A stretch of DNA of 61,463 nt, the filler included, from Squatina squatina (taxonomy: Eukaryota), in the NCBI GenBank assembly GCA_031763465.1. It is 4 parts of 4 records of this genome, joined end to end, with 100 filler letters (N's around TTAATTAATTAA, not from the genome) between each part and the next. Parts side by side here need not be neighbours in the genome. Positions count along the whole stretch, not along the records: positions 1 to 17,852 come from JARFOE010000192.1; 3 more parts are not named here. One strand, given 5' to 3'. The position numbers and the translations under genes are program-made. Shown here one piece after another: positions 1 to 13,077 of this stretch. Positions within the stretch are counted from its first letter, which is position 1, and each line of letters starts with the position of its first letter. Below the pieces are notes generated by a model, which was not told where the DNA came from, made no database searches, and saw nothing but the letters and a program-made list of their open reading frames with translations.

Positions 1-589
1 GAATATCCATTATGCGCATGTCACTTATCTTCTGAGGAGAAGGTGGTGGTGTTTTGGAGCCAACAGCTGGTATGTAACCATCAGAATATTTTCTGGGCTT
101 TATTCTGTATAGCGACTGTTCCATCATGTCAGTCTGCACACTGGTGTTCGGGTATGCATTGCCAGACCTCAATGAAGGACGGTGGTACAGGATATGGTCT
201 AGTCCATCCCCAGGAATTCCAGTGCTGGATGAAGCAATACTCATTCGTCCATCATGATACATGTAAGGATCAGCGTACAGACCTTCATTTCTGAAGAGGG
301 CAATATTTTTACTGCTCAAGTCCTCGTCCGGCTTCACATCTCTTCTCTCCAAGATGGCACTCGGGCTGGGGGATATGGACCTTGATGGTGGCACATTGGA
401 CAGTCTGTCCCTCGGGACAGTGGCACTGCCCGGCATAGGTATGGTTCTCCCTCCATTATACGGGATTCTGGATGGAGAAGTTGGCATTGATTGAGTTATT
501 GGTGGTGAACTTGGTGGTCCATGGGGAAGAGGACCATGGTGGCGAAAGGAAGGAGGGGCTTCTTTTGTGTAAACCATCTCCCTCTGCAT
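1..589 (-). CDS. KIAA1217: KIAA1217 / sickle tail protein homolog, large internal coding exon (runs off the window start)
   Basis: A polypyrimidine tract and CAG acceptor (590-592) precede an uninterrupted frame: MQREMVYTKEAPP...SPSRIPYNGG...SRSISPSPSAILERRDVKPDEDLSSKNIALFRNEGLYADPYMYHDGRMSIASS...EQSLYRIKPRKYSD...GSKTPPPSPQKISDMRIMDI. This closely matches my recollection of vertebrate KIAA1217. The ORF track misses it because there is no stop codon inside the window. Confidence 0.95.
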   Translation of the reverse strand, partial: MQREMVYTKEAPPSFRHHGPLPHGPPSSPPITQSMPTSPSRIPYNGGRTIPMPGSATVPRDRLSNVPPSRSISPSPSAILERRDVKPDEDLSSKNIALFRNEGLYADPYMYHDGRMSIASSSTGIPGDGLDHILYHRPSLRSGNAYPNTSVQTDMMEQSLYRIKPRKYSDGYIPAVGSKTPPPSPQKISDMRIMDI

Positions 590-1348
590 CTGAAAAAAAA
601 AATTCTACTTTAAAAACATGGTTTTGTTTGAAGTAGTAAGGCCTGTTCCATAACATGGGCAAAAGCTTAAGTGTCCCTGGGCTGTATGGCACAAAGCTAC
701 TCTTGTTCCTTTAAACTTTTTAATGTGTCCCTTAGTGTTCCATTCAATATTTGTCAACTTCCTAACAATTCTGCGACACTATTTGCCCCTTCAATCTTTT
801 ACACAAATCCTTTCAACTCCTTTAGGCCCTTCGCTTTGTAATGGATAGTTTCTGAGCTCCTCCTCCCTTCTGATTAACATTCCCATATTGTTCTCCTAGG
901 TTGGTCCTTTTTACCTAATTTCAGTAGTCACACTGTTTATATCAGCTGCTCTCTCTCACTCTCCTATACTGACTCCACCCCGCTTAAGAGTCTGTATCTA
1001 TCACCTTTTCCCTTTCTCATCAATCTGGCCTCTTCATGAAAACTCTTTCACTCAGCTCACCTGCTGCTCCTTTGTTCTTCTCCAGTCAGTATACTATTTG
1101 GGGTTTTGGGCCCTTTACTTATTTTAAATCAGGGTGCTGAGCCTCAGCCCTGGAGGGAAACTGTTGTCTCTTTCTATTGCTGTTCAGATTGGCAGCTGTC
1201 GAGCTGAGCCCCAGAAGTGTCACTCATCACTTCCTTGGCTTGTTGTCAGGGCTGATGGTCAGGTGATGGCAGCCTGGGACTTGGATTTCCTTTTAAGTTC
1301 ACAAAACCATAGAGCTGAGGCTTCCTTTACAGTTTGTTTAAAGAAAGG

Positions 1349-1481
1349 GCTTGCATTTATTGTCGCACCTTTCACAACCTCAGGGCGTCCCAAATCAATA
1401 AAGTACTTTTGAAGTGTAGTCACTGTGGTAATGTAGGAAATGCAGCAAGCTCCCACAAACAGCAATGTGATAATGACCAGA
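1349..1481 (-). mobile_element. Deu-domain SINE (SacSINE1-like) 3' fragment
   Basis: Contains cttgcatttat...gtacttttgaagtgtagtcactgt...gcaagctcccacaaacagcaatgtgataatgaccagat, which recurs at 24757 and 25772. Confidence 0.7.
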
Positions 1482-1779
1482 TTTTGGGCTAGAAATTTGG
1501 TGCTAAATTTTCAAAAGTTGAAAAAGTAACTCCAGGTGCTAATCANNNNNNNNNNNNNNNNNNNNNNNNNNNNNNNNNNNNNNNNNNNNNNNNNNNNNNN
1601 NNNNNNNNNNNNNNNNNNNNNNNNNNNNNNNNNNNNNNNNNNNNNGAAAATATTGACTTAAATTGGCACGTAGAAGCTATCCCGCTGTATGACAATGTAG
1701 ATTATTCTAGAGAATTTTGTCTCAATAAAAAAAAGATACGATGGAAAATAATCCAGTCGAGACTGGATCACTTTTATTG

Positions 1780-2245
1780 GTCTCGGGTCTCCCTCAATGA
1801 CTCAGCAAGTTTACCAAGCGCACAGCTGAAATGCACAGACCAGGCAAATCCCAGTTCTGATTTGCGCTGAACTAGCAGATGTCAGAGTTGCTTCAAGGGT
1901 TCTACAATTGGATTTAGCACTACCATGTTGCCAAACTTTGGTGGCTACACTCCTGTGAACCCCCTTGGAATTTTTTTTACTATGTTAAAGGCACTATGTA
2001 AATGCAATCTGTTCTCGTAGGCATTTGGTAGGGTAACGAGAAATAAAAGGGCTATACAGCACCCCCTGCTGGGGAGTATGTGTGTGTGTGGATGCTGGTC
2101 AAGGGGAGGACTGGGTTTGGCTGTGATGCCCAGTGGTTGAATAGCTAGTTAATATTCACCACCAAGGCTCAAATGCGAATAATGGTCACTTGACGGAAGC
2201 ATCAGAGCACAACAGGCGTCTGCGGATCTGTACCCCAAAGAATTA
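1780..2245 (+). mobile_element. LF-SINE-like tRNA-derived SINE, degenerate and interrupted
   Basis: Head ...cacagaccaggcaaatcccagttc...gctgaactagc... and body gggtttggctgtgatgccc...gttgaatagc...aaggctca...aataatggtcacttg. Related to the copy at 18160-18545. Confidence 0.55.
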
Positions 2246-4275
2246 CTGTTTTCACGAGAGCAGAAAATTGACAGAAAAGTATCAGAGAAAGAAAACATTA
2301 ATCTCTAACCAGTTCAGCACTGAAGGTCTGCCAATACAGAAGTCCTACCAAAACTACAAAATGTTAATACACAATGTGCCTCCACCTAAAAACCAAGAGA
2401 CAAAAAGACAATGTGCTAACATTTCACAGTAGCAGTGCGTTTTTCACTATCTCCTTCAGAGTTATTTGAATGAAGATGCAGCTCATCAGTGCAGCATGTA
2501 TTCTACAATATACTTGATTCAATGAATCTTCATGCCATTTGCTCTGATGGCATTGTTGCAGTAACAACCTCAACATTTTTTTTTAAAAAGAGCTACAAGT
2601 TCAAAATAAAATTAGCTTTACAAGCTGAACTCGGAACATAAAATGAAAACATTTTCCAAGTTGTTAGTAAACTTCATAACCCTTTGAAACACAAGGTAAA
2701 GGCTTCAGTTATTGAACCATGCGGAGGCATTTAGCAACAGCTTGGCAAAGCATTAAGTTAGCCCAGATCAAAGACCTTCATGGTCACTTAATTTTACCCA
2801 CAGGGTCACAACAATTTCTCATGTAGGTACTGCAACAATCTGCCCCTACCACTGAGCCAGCCTGAACACAGACTGCAATTTAAACGCACTTATTTAACCT
2901 CCCCACCCCCTCAAAACACAACAAACAGCAAGTCCGGTTTCTTTCGACAACTGCTGGTTTAATTCTATAACCACACATACCTTTACTGACCCACTCTTCT
3001 AGTTACTAAATCTTCATTTTAAATGGACTGCAGACGTAAAAAAAAACATTTGTTCTCAAACCAGATTGCGTAGGAGCAGGTTCTAACAATAACTTCTGGA
3101 ATGTTCCTTTAGGAAACACTTATCTCGGCCGAGGGGAGCGTACAGAAAACTCACCTCTGAAACTGCACGATGAAAGCACTTCACTGCTGCTTATCACGTA
3201 TGAAAACAAACGCGGAGGAAGAAGAAGTGATATGTTTATGGTCTGGAAATAGCTCCAAGACCACACCTAAAATCTATTGCTGAACGCATTTTTAAAAAGG
3301 AGCCAACGAGCTCTGACTGCTCCACATGTTTCTATCTGGCAAGGAGTATCAGTACATGCAATATCTGAGAACACAAGGGCATTTGTGAACTCAATACATA
3401 TTGATGTAATCACTTTGGATTCTAATGGAAAGAAAACCTGCATGTAGTGCTGCTGGATGTATTAAAGGGGCCTTTGGTACAGTATGTTTATAAAAGTATA
3501 ATTCAATGACTCATTTTAATAAAATTCAACCTTAATTGTTGAGTTTTGTCACGCTTTTCTTTTTAAAAAGAGAATTTAAAAAAAAATACAGAATGCATGC
3601 AGCTGAGCTTTTACATAGTCATCAATCCTTTACCGGCAGTGATTAAATAAAACTAATTAATGCATTAACATAACAGCTAAATACTGCACTCTGGTAGATA
3701 TTTATACTGTTTTGCATCTGAAGGGGTATTACGTACCACATACATTAACTTATTGTTAAGTTTATCAACACAGAGTCTACCAACTTGCAGAAATAGTGGA
3801 AATTCTACTCGAGGCTACAACTGAGTATTGATAGCTAATGTTACAATTACTCCAGCCAGTACAGAGGTAACCAACCCTCCTTCCTTTCCTCCCCTCCCCC
3901 TACAAGTCGAACAGGTGCCTGATCTGCCAACAAGTTTATGCAGAGGTTTTTAGTGCCACGGATGAGAGGATTAGAAATTGCTTAAAAAAAAGTTGCATCC
4001 AAAACAAAATTTATAGTATAAAAAATAAACTTGGCTTTAAAAAGAAAGGCAAGAATAAAAAAAAGACATGCCTCTATGCAATAGCTCCACCAGTTAAAGA
4101 GAGAACTTACAGAATCCAGGTCGCTCACAAAAGACCGGCTATCATTATCACAAAAGTGGAACCATATGCAGTGGGNNNNNNNNNNNNNNNNNNNNNNNNN
4201 NNNNNNNNNNNNNNNNNNNNNNNNNNNNNNNNNNNNNNNNNNNNNNNNNNNNNNNNNNNNNNNNNNNNNNNNNNN

Positions 4276-4590
4276 CTGCGGCACTCACCGATTCATCGTG
4301 GTCTGATGCATTACTCCACAACCTCGCCGTTATCGAGACACAGCCCTTGCCACCAAGCATACAGCAATCAGCTGAGGAGGAGGAGGAGGAGGAAGAGGAG
4401 CTGGAGGAAGCAAAATGGAGGAGGCAATCCAGGCAGCCCTGTTCTGCACGGGCCGTCCATGATCGACTCATACGACTGCAGTACCAGTGAAAGCAAAACC
4501 AGTTCCCCATTCAAAAATAGTCCCACACCTTCCCTTCGCTCTGTTACTGACCATCACAGCTTCCTCTTCGCCACAATGCTGAAATAAAAG
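4276..4590 (+). mobile_element. PIF/Harbinger transposase C-terminal remnant
   Basis: Reads RFIVV*C-(frameshift)-LHNLAVIETQPLPPSIQQSAEEEEEEEEELEE...ARAVHDRLIRLQYQ*. This matches the HARBI1-type C-terminus (CCxLHN, acidic tract, R..R..LI). It is disrupted by a stop and a frameshift. Confidence 0.6.
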
Positions 4591-4771
4591 TCAGCACAAA
4601 AGAAACATTTATACATAAATCCATTCTTGTGTAAACTTTTAGCCAACTGAAATTTCACTCAAACATCACAATGAGATCAGTTATAAATAATTGATGAAAT
4701 TAGAGCAGCAAATATTTCTCTCTTACATACCCCCACATACACAGTAGGTTTATAACTACAATTGTACTTAC

Positions 4772-4868
4772 TCTTACATCTCCATTTACAGCCCTTGAAG
4801 AATGGTTAAAAGAAATATGGGCAGGATCCTTGTGGTAAACCTTTAAAAGCGCTCGATCTTGAATGTTC
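4772..4868 (-). CDS. KIAA1217: KIAA1217 internal coding exon (97 nt)
   Basis: ttccag acceptor, peptide (R)NIQDRALLKVYHKDPAHISFNHSSRAVNGDVR, GTAAGT donor (4771-4766). It splices in phase 0 to the exon starting at 589, giving NGDVR-MQRE as in KIAA1217 orthologs. Confidence 0.93.
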
Positions 4869-7800
4869 CTGGAATCAAACACATCAATTATTATGGAAGA
4901 AGACAGAAGCTTGATTTTTGCCATTTTCTCAGATGACAAACGAGGTCAAAAACTCAAAGCCGATATAACATGGCTACTACAACNNNNNNNNNNAACAGCC
5001 AACCTTGCTAATATTAAACATGTTATTAGAAATCAATGACTTCTGTGCCAGTGGGTAGAACAATTCTATTCAGAACAATTCTCCACCCACCAGGTCATGT
5101 GGTACTTATATCTAAGCAGAGACTTAACAATACGCATTCATTCAGTTTGGTTCCAATGTCCACAATAAACAAAGAGCATTCCTTGACAGACATGGAGTAA
5201 TCCACTGCAATAAAAAATGCTGCAGTAGTGAAGTGATTGATACACTTACCATTTATGCCACAATGCTTGAAGTACACACTCCGACACCTCCACAACACAA
5301 TGACACAGAGCAGCACCAGAATACCGGTAAAATTCTGATACTTGAATGAAAATGCACACAAGCTTTAAGGGTAGTAAGCATTCATTGAAAAAATACCGCT
5401 GATCTGACAAACTGCCACGGTCAGCCATAGGCCACACATTATATTTTGATTGGCAGACTTGCGTTATATAATGCAAGTGGATAAAGTGGAAGAATTCATA
5501 GGAACTGTTATACCAAGAAACACAGTCTGTAAAAGAATTGCAATTTTAAAAAATGGTATTTGATACTGTAATTGCGCTGAATGAGTTTTCAGACACGAGT
5601 GTGCTTACATTAACATTGCACAATGCCACTGTTGCCTTTTGTGTCATCTCTTCACTGCCTTCATCAAGTAGCTAATCTCGGAGGCTCCTGTACTTTCCAA
5701 TTCAAGATCACAGTGCCACTATGTCCAAGGGCACTTTTACCAACCATTACACTCCTACATTAACATTGGCACTGTACTATGAAATAGATAATGACTATGA
5801 AATTATTTATTTTTGATACACTGAACTGTTGACAAATGTATGCTAGATCGGTTGAAGAAAATTCACTTCTTTGTCTAAATACTAATCTTCATTACAGGCT
5901 TCTGTGCCAGGAAGTGTTACTCTATACCCTGGAAAAGAGCAAAGCATCAGAGAAAGAAAATTTAATAGTAACAATGTCATGGTGCAGATGGAGAGTATAA
6001 AACCATTTGAACTTTGGTCCTGTGACAGAACCTTCAAACCCACCACTGCTTTCTAAAAGCCATATATCTACATTATTCTATATATAGTTACTAATTACAT
6101 GAGAGCTTCTAGTTACATCCATTTAAACACAAGCACCACAGCAGCTTAAAGCGAACTGAAAAACATTTTAGTTGCATTTAAACTCACCAGATTTGCCACT
6201 GTACAGTCAACACTAGCAATCATCTGGGAAGCCCTTTAAGATTTTAACAGAAACCTGACTTGAAGACCAACATGTCTCCTTGTGCTTTTACCACTGTACT
6301 AGATCCAAACTTGCAAGCAAATGAATCCTTTTTAAAGCTCAGCTGGCTCGTACTTTTCATGTCTAATGTGTGCAAAGATGAATCTTAAAGAGTGGTTGTT
6401 ATGAGCCACCGAAATGTCAGAGTCCAATTAAAAGGTCTCACTCACATAAAATTAGACGATAAGCTTGCAAATGAAGAGTGGGAGACTGGGATCCCTCACA
6501 CTTTGAACTTTACCCTATGAGAAAAAGTCTTTACATTTCACCAATCATTTCTTCCGGTAACAGGTTGCAGGCGTTAATGAAATGGCTCGTTGGTACATTT
6601 GGCAGCAAGGAAAGCACTATAGCTTAAAAAGCTTATTTTCACCGCTTCCCAAGATGGATAGGCATGGGAAAATTTCAGTATTAATTTAAAAATTCTTTTG
6701 AACTCTTTGGTTCTCTCTACTTTAAAAACCTGCCTTTTGAGTGACACCTTCTGACTGGCCCTTTCACATCTACAGCAATTAGTACCTGGTGCCTTTCAGT
6801 TCTTAATGTGTATCATTTTTCCCCCTTCATTTGGGCTTCTGCTCTTCGTCCATCATCCCCCAGCGGAGTGTCACGTTTTCCTTTTTGCAAAAGAAAAATT
6901 TTCTTCTNNNNNNNNNNNNNNNNNNNNNNNNNNNNNNNNNNNNNNNNNNNNNNNNNNNNNNNNNNNNNNNNNNNNNNNNNNNNNNNNNNNNNNNNNNNNN
7001 NNNNNNNAATTGAAAGTTTCACCTGTTTTCTTGAAGTCAGGTAAGACAACCAACTGAATTATTATATGATGACAACTTCTATTGATTAAACTGAGTGAGT
7101 CTGACCATAAACTTTTCTAGATACCGTCACTGGGTTTGAAATAAAACCGCTTAATGATTCGTATCTGGCCTCATCTTACAAAATATATTTCAGTTGCCTT
7201 CAAAGAGATTGAAGGAACACACATGCGAAAGACGATAAAACTAAGTTCTTATTACAANNNNNNNNNNGGGTACATGACAAAGACCCAGTTTGAATCACAA
7301 GGTCTGATTGTTACATCTCCAGGTTATGCTATTGTATAATTAGATACGGATAGTACAAGCAGAGTCCTGAATGTAAGACACTCAGGCCACTTACAGGAGT
7401 GACTAACACTATTCTACATCAGAGAATATAAACTTGTAACAATCAGCATTTTAGCTGCATTTATAGTTGATAAAAGCATTAGCTGCTTAAGTAGTTAATG
7501 TATGTGAGCTATTCATCTCTATCTGTTGCTCTCCCCTTCTTTGATTTTGTCAGTCACATAAAATGGCTTCTCCTGCCTGGCCATACTTATTCCCATGAAT
7601 GCTCTTATCAAAATCATTAATGTTGGTGACTGCCTTCCTCTGTATTCACAGCACTTTCTACTTTCATCCAAGATTCCCAGCATTTGTCATTTTTCTTTTT
7701 ATGTCGGCCAAGTTTTGAGCTCACACACCATGAGAATAAAATAAAACCTAATATTACACAAAAACAGCTACTGAAATATCAGAAATAGTTTTATACTGTT

Positions 7801-9469
7801 ATATTAACCCTTTACTTAAAAAGTAAATTAAACGTAAAATTACAGGGTTGGCCTATACATTCCTTCTCTATCATTCATGGTGAATTAGAGGATTGCTCTC
7901 AATTATCTGCCAGTCAGTACATGCAGTTGCCGACAGTAAAGCTCTCGTCGAAAACCCGATCCTACAAAATACATACATTCTACACATCAAAAGCACAAGT
8001 ACAACCATATTCTGGCAGGGAATCAAAGACAGATGCCACTTTTGAGAAATTGTTATGAACGGACTGAAGGGGAATAGACAAAACAATTCCATAAAATTCC
8101 AACAAAAGAAAATGCGGTGAAGTGAAAGAAAGCATTAAGGTGAAACATTGAGCAAAAGCCTCATTCAAACCCTGCACACACTGGGCATACAATTTCAGCT
8201 GTAGTTGCAAAATACTGTAACAAAATAAAAATTACTTGTAAAAATTTTTTTTTTTTAAATCAACTGCAAACAAAAAGAAATTAACGTCTCGGTGAAAAAA
8301 AACTGTCCCAAAACTCAGCAGCCTTTACCTGCTTTGTAATCTGCTCATGAACAATGAATAACCCCACCTTATTGCTTGCCTTAAAAACACTCACTTGTCA
8401 TCAACATTCTGTAGTTACTGATGTGTAAAAAAAATGCAACAGCCCAAGCTGTTCACTCGAAAAAAAATATTGGGTATTTATTTAAATAGAAAAGGATATT
8501 AGGAAAAGGCAGNNNNNNNNNNNNNNNNNNNNNNNNNNNNNNNNNNNNNNNNNNNNNNNNNNNNNNNNNNNNNNNNNNNNNNNNNNNNNNNNNNNNNNNN
8601 NNNNNNNNNNNNTGGGTGGATTTACAAAGTTGCTAATCGGGGAGCATAAAACTTCAAATCTTTGTGATGCTATCAGTTCTTCCTCGGTACAACTTTTTAA
8701 TAGGATTAATAGGAGACAATAGATGGCAGCACAGTCTCAGTCAGGTGCCCTGGATGTCACTGAAGAAGCACTTGGAATTAGCTGATGTGGATGAGTGTGT
8801 TTGTTATCTAGACACACCTAAACTTTAACAAGAAAAATGCACTAAAACATCCAATATTTTTTATATGCGGGTCATGTCCTCAGCACACTACCAAACAGTA
8901 AAATCCAGTGTATTTTTCTATTCATTTCACCACTGCTATCTAATGAATATCTCTGTTTAAACAAATTAAGTAAATGTTCACAAAATGGTTTCCTGCAGAT
9001 GAAGAAATATTTATCACCTGCTGTGAATGTAACGTGGATGTAACATTAACACCAATATGAATGGCCCGTTATTTAGAGCACAAACCATATGCACAACTGC
9101 TCTGACCGAGTCTGTGCTACACTGAAGACCCAATACTTCAGCTGGAATTCCTGCTGTTTGCCCAGATTCCAGGGCCATCTGGAAGTGATGTTTGAAAGGG
9201 TTTCTACTTAAAACAAACTGTTGAATCAGATGAATATAAGAAGGCTGAGAGTGCAAAGTATGTACACTCTAGGGTGAATCTCGAGTTACTGACTTCCGTT
9301 TGTTTACATGGGGCTTTACTCTGGAGTTCACAATAGTGCATGTGCATTCATCAGTAGAAAGCTCCCATTTATATAGGGCTTTGGTCTTAAAACTCCTTTA
9401 GCCAAATACATGTCGTGGCTCAGACACTGAAGGCCAGAGTGTCCATTTGCATCACAAGGCATTTAAGAG

Positions 9470-9840
9470 CAACAACTTGCCTTTGCATACTGCTCCTCAC
9501 ATTCAAAAGATGTCCCTAAAATCTTTACAGATCAGTGAATAAAGTATAGGCAGAGGAAAAAAATAGAATGGAGTGGAGGGGCAAGTGAGCAAGAGAACAT
9601 CTTAGCAAGCTTTTTGAAGGAGTTTCTAAGGAAAATGTGGATACTGGTGGTCAAGCAAAATGGTAATCAGAGTCATAGGGATAAAGGTGATTGTTGAGTG
9701 GGGTGGGGGAGTTGTGAAGGCATTTAGAAAAAGCACTGGTAAGGGTCTTGACATTGAATGGGAGGGGCTCGGGGAGCTAGTAAAGCCAAGCAAGAACAGG
9801 GTAATGGAAATGTGGAGCCTTAAGGGGTCAAGGCACAGGC
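9470..9840 (-). mobile_element. Degenerate L2-type LINE 3' region
   Basis: The start acaacttgcctttgcatactgctcct...aagatgtccctaaaat resembles the reverse complement of the L2 tail at 19600-19664. Confidence 0.4.
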
Positions 9841-10308
9841 NNNNNNNNNNNNNNNNNNNNNNNNNNNNNNNNNNNNNNNNNNNNNNNNNNNNNNNNNNNN
9901 NNNNNNNNNNNNNNNNNNNNNNNNNNNNNNNNNNNNNNNNACAAGGACTGGTGGAGTCAAATGGCCTGTTTCTATGTTGCAATTTCTATGTACTTGTGTG
10001 TGAGGAATATGAATATGCCAAGGAACTACATCAAAGGGCTGCATAATATGTTTCACATTCTGAATTCTCTATTATATAATAAATAAACGTAACCATATGT
10101 GAACTGGCAATTTTGGAAACCAATGTCTATTCAGTAACTAGATAGACACCGAGCTTATTTCTCATTATCCTCATCTTTAATTGGATAATGACATTTTTTT
10201 AATAATTAGCTCAATTATATTTTCATCACTTTTTTTTTGTCCAGATTGCTGCACAGATAAGTTTAGATAAGTATTTTGGCCCCTAGAGCTTTACAGTTTA
10301 ATTATATA

Positions 10309-10462
10309 GGAATAGAATTTCTGCGAGGGTTCTCTATCTCTTGCCATAACTTCGGTGCAAACCTTGGAGAAATGGCATAAACAACCATTAACGTAATTTC
10401 TCCAGGACTCTTGGCAGAGATCTGGTGGGAGATCATGGGAACCCCCATGGAAATTCCAGGCT
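10309..10462. mobile_element. Short MITE-like element with imperfect terminal inverted repeats
   Basis: The left end agaatttctgcgagggttctc matches the reverse complement of the right end, ggaatttccatgggggttcc. A related sequence lies at 58627-58748. Confidence 0.5.
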
Positions 10463-12609
10463 ATAGTGTTTATTTAGCTCAGCATATGCACACGATTCAG
10501 AGTTGAACATTAAAGCCCTTCAATTCACCACAATCATGTCAGAAAGTAGGTCTGTTTATTATTTCTAGTTTAAAATAAAAATCAATGCAGTGTTTCAAAG
10601 TGGAGTGTTCTCATTGGATACACACCATTGCACTAAACACAATTGGGAATTGGAAAGCCAATTAAAAATGTCTTATCCTGTCAAGTGTTAGAGGTTAGTC
10701 AATCACCCCTTCAATATTAGCAGCAATGAAGAATCTTTCACTACTGCTTGAGCCCAGGATGCGGTTGACTATGAAACAAGATCGTGATGACACAAACTAA
10801 CTGCAGATTCTAATCGTGAGCTTCACCTGTAATGAGGAATTGAAGCTGGCAGGATGACGGTTCAACGGATCTGCCTACAGTATAGTGCCAATAAACAATT
10901 GCTGTTGAAATGTAAATATGGGTGACACAGACAGAAACTAACTGCTGCTAAGGCAATAATCACTAGAGAAACCAACATTCTCAAACTCTCACATGCATCT
11001 CAATAGTTTGTGATAAGTTGTTACAGAAGAATACATTTGCAAGTAATCAGGTCACATGCATCAGTGAGTCACATTATCCAAGTTATTACGCTAAAGTAGT
11101 TAGAACTAAAAGAAAACACAGAATATTCTTTCTTAGATTTGAAGTATAAATTGGAACTGATAAATTAAATAGATAGCATAAAGGTGGGTCAGCAAGAGAA
11201 ATAACCTGCCCAGTGTTGTTTTGAAAAGTACTTTTAGTTTTATTTCTTTCCCCTATTTAGGTCACACCATGCCACACACCATTGCCCACATGTCAAAATA
11301 TGTAGGTGGCGAACCTCTCCTGGACCTCTGGCACTGGCACTCTAACCAACAGGCATCAGGAAATACACAAGAATGATCTTGGGAAATTCCTTCCAATCTT
11401 TCTACCCACTACTTTCATCCTGGCAGCACAGCTGGCAATTGAGAAATCACAGGTATAAACCCAAAACCTTCAACTTTTGCAGGTTAGAGTGCCAACAGAC
11501 TGTACCATTCCATCTTTTAAATTCCAGTTTTTAAACTGAAGTGTTCCAATTTATTTCCAAAAAATCTAACATTGGAGCCTGTAACCTAATCACCAGACAT
11601 TTATGTAAGCCTGTGGAGCTTACATCAATCTACAGTCATTAGGCAACAGGCCCCCATTCAGACAGGCAGACAGTCCCAGCCCAAACTGCATCCGTTTGTG
11701 TCATTTTAAACTTGTATTAGTTGAGATGCCTGCACACAGCTGTTGCCCTTCAACCAAAAAGGAGTGCAATTCACGGTGAAAGAAAAGAACAAGAAGGGAA
11801 GTAAGGTACTAACTCTCTGGGATGACTCAATTTTCATCAAGAACCTTTGCATGTCAAGCTCTGACTGAAGGGAGACCAACATGCATTGCAAAGTCTGTGA
11901 TCGACAGAAAGAAAAGGTGAGAATTACACAGGAGAAACACTTCTAAAACTCCATCTGAAAAGTGAATTCTGTATTCGTGATAAAAACAAATATGCAATCA
12001 TGGATGTACACCACTGCTTCACACCAGCTCTCTCGAGCGACATATGTCACTTATCTACAATCTAGATTATTCTAAAATTTAGATATGTTTAACCATTCAA
12101 AATGCTAAATTCTATGTATTTCACAGTATTTTTCTTGTGAATTCTGCAGGATAGTCAATAAAAGCACACTACTGAACAAAAGCATAAAATGAAACAAATA
12201 ATTCAGTTGTACTAATGGCTCTCTTAAAAATGGTTTCAAGAAACCCTGGTACAAGTAGGAGGCAGGTTGATTTCTCCAAAACTTGAACCAGACACACTTA
12301 ATCTACACTTCAAAACAGACGGCAACAAAACAAAACAAAATGCAGATTCTTCATTTTAAAAGAGAGATGAAGTCAGCAGGCAGAAGNNNNNNNNNNNNNN
12401 NNNNNNNNNNNNNNNNNNNNNNNNNNNNNNNNNNNNNNNNNNNNNNNNNNNNNNNNNNNNNNNNNNNNNNNNNNNNNNNNNNNNNNGGACTCATTGACCT
12501 CTGCCCCCATCTCTATCTTCCTGTCTTGAAGTTATCCTCTGTTCCTGAGATTGCACATGTGATGTTGTATGAGTATCCATTCAACCATGAGTACAGCACC
12601 CATGGCCAC

Positions 12610-13077
12610 TGGGGCCAAAATCTTCAAGTTGGCCAAAGCTCAGGACAAACCAAAGAGAAGTCAGCACTGACTCAGAGTGAGGCTTTAAAGTGAAAAGTCA
12701 TGGGATTTGATCAAAATGGAGCCGGTAGACAAAGTTAGAATGAAGCCCAGTTCCAGAACTTTCATTAACGCTCAAAGTTCAGAGTTGAGACATGTCAACG
12801 CCCAAAAAACGGGGCGTTGACACCGCTGCAGTTACGACACTATAGCCATGTCGAATTCTATGGCGGGCGAACATTTTGGGTGTTGCGCTCACTGATGACA
12901 TTGGGACACTGATGCTGAAACTTGCGATTGTGGCCTGAAGCAGTTAGAGCCCATTTAGCACCGGCGTTAATGGGGGACGAATTTCGTGCCGAAAAGTTTA
13001 ACGCCAAAAATCGGCGTTAACCTCTTAGCGCCCATTTAACACCATTTTAACACTAAAAATATCGCGAATTGGGCGCT
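12610..13077. mobile_element. Non-autonomous DNA transposon (Harbinger-type ends)
   Basis: A CpG-rich segment in an AT-rich intron with repeated ggcgttaa/ttaacgcc motifs and ends ggggccaaaatc ... gaattgggcgc. Confidence 0.5.

Noticed and set aside
43-692. Track ORFs 43-294 (+) and 456-692 (-)
   Set aside because: They are antisense or alternative-frame shadows of the real KIAA1217 exon.
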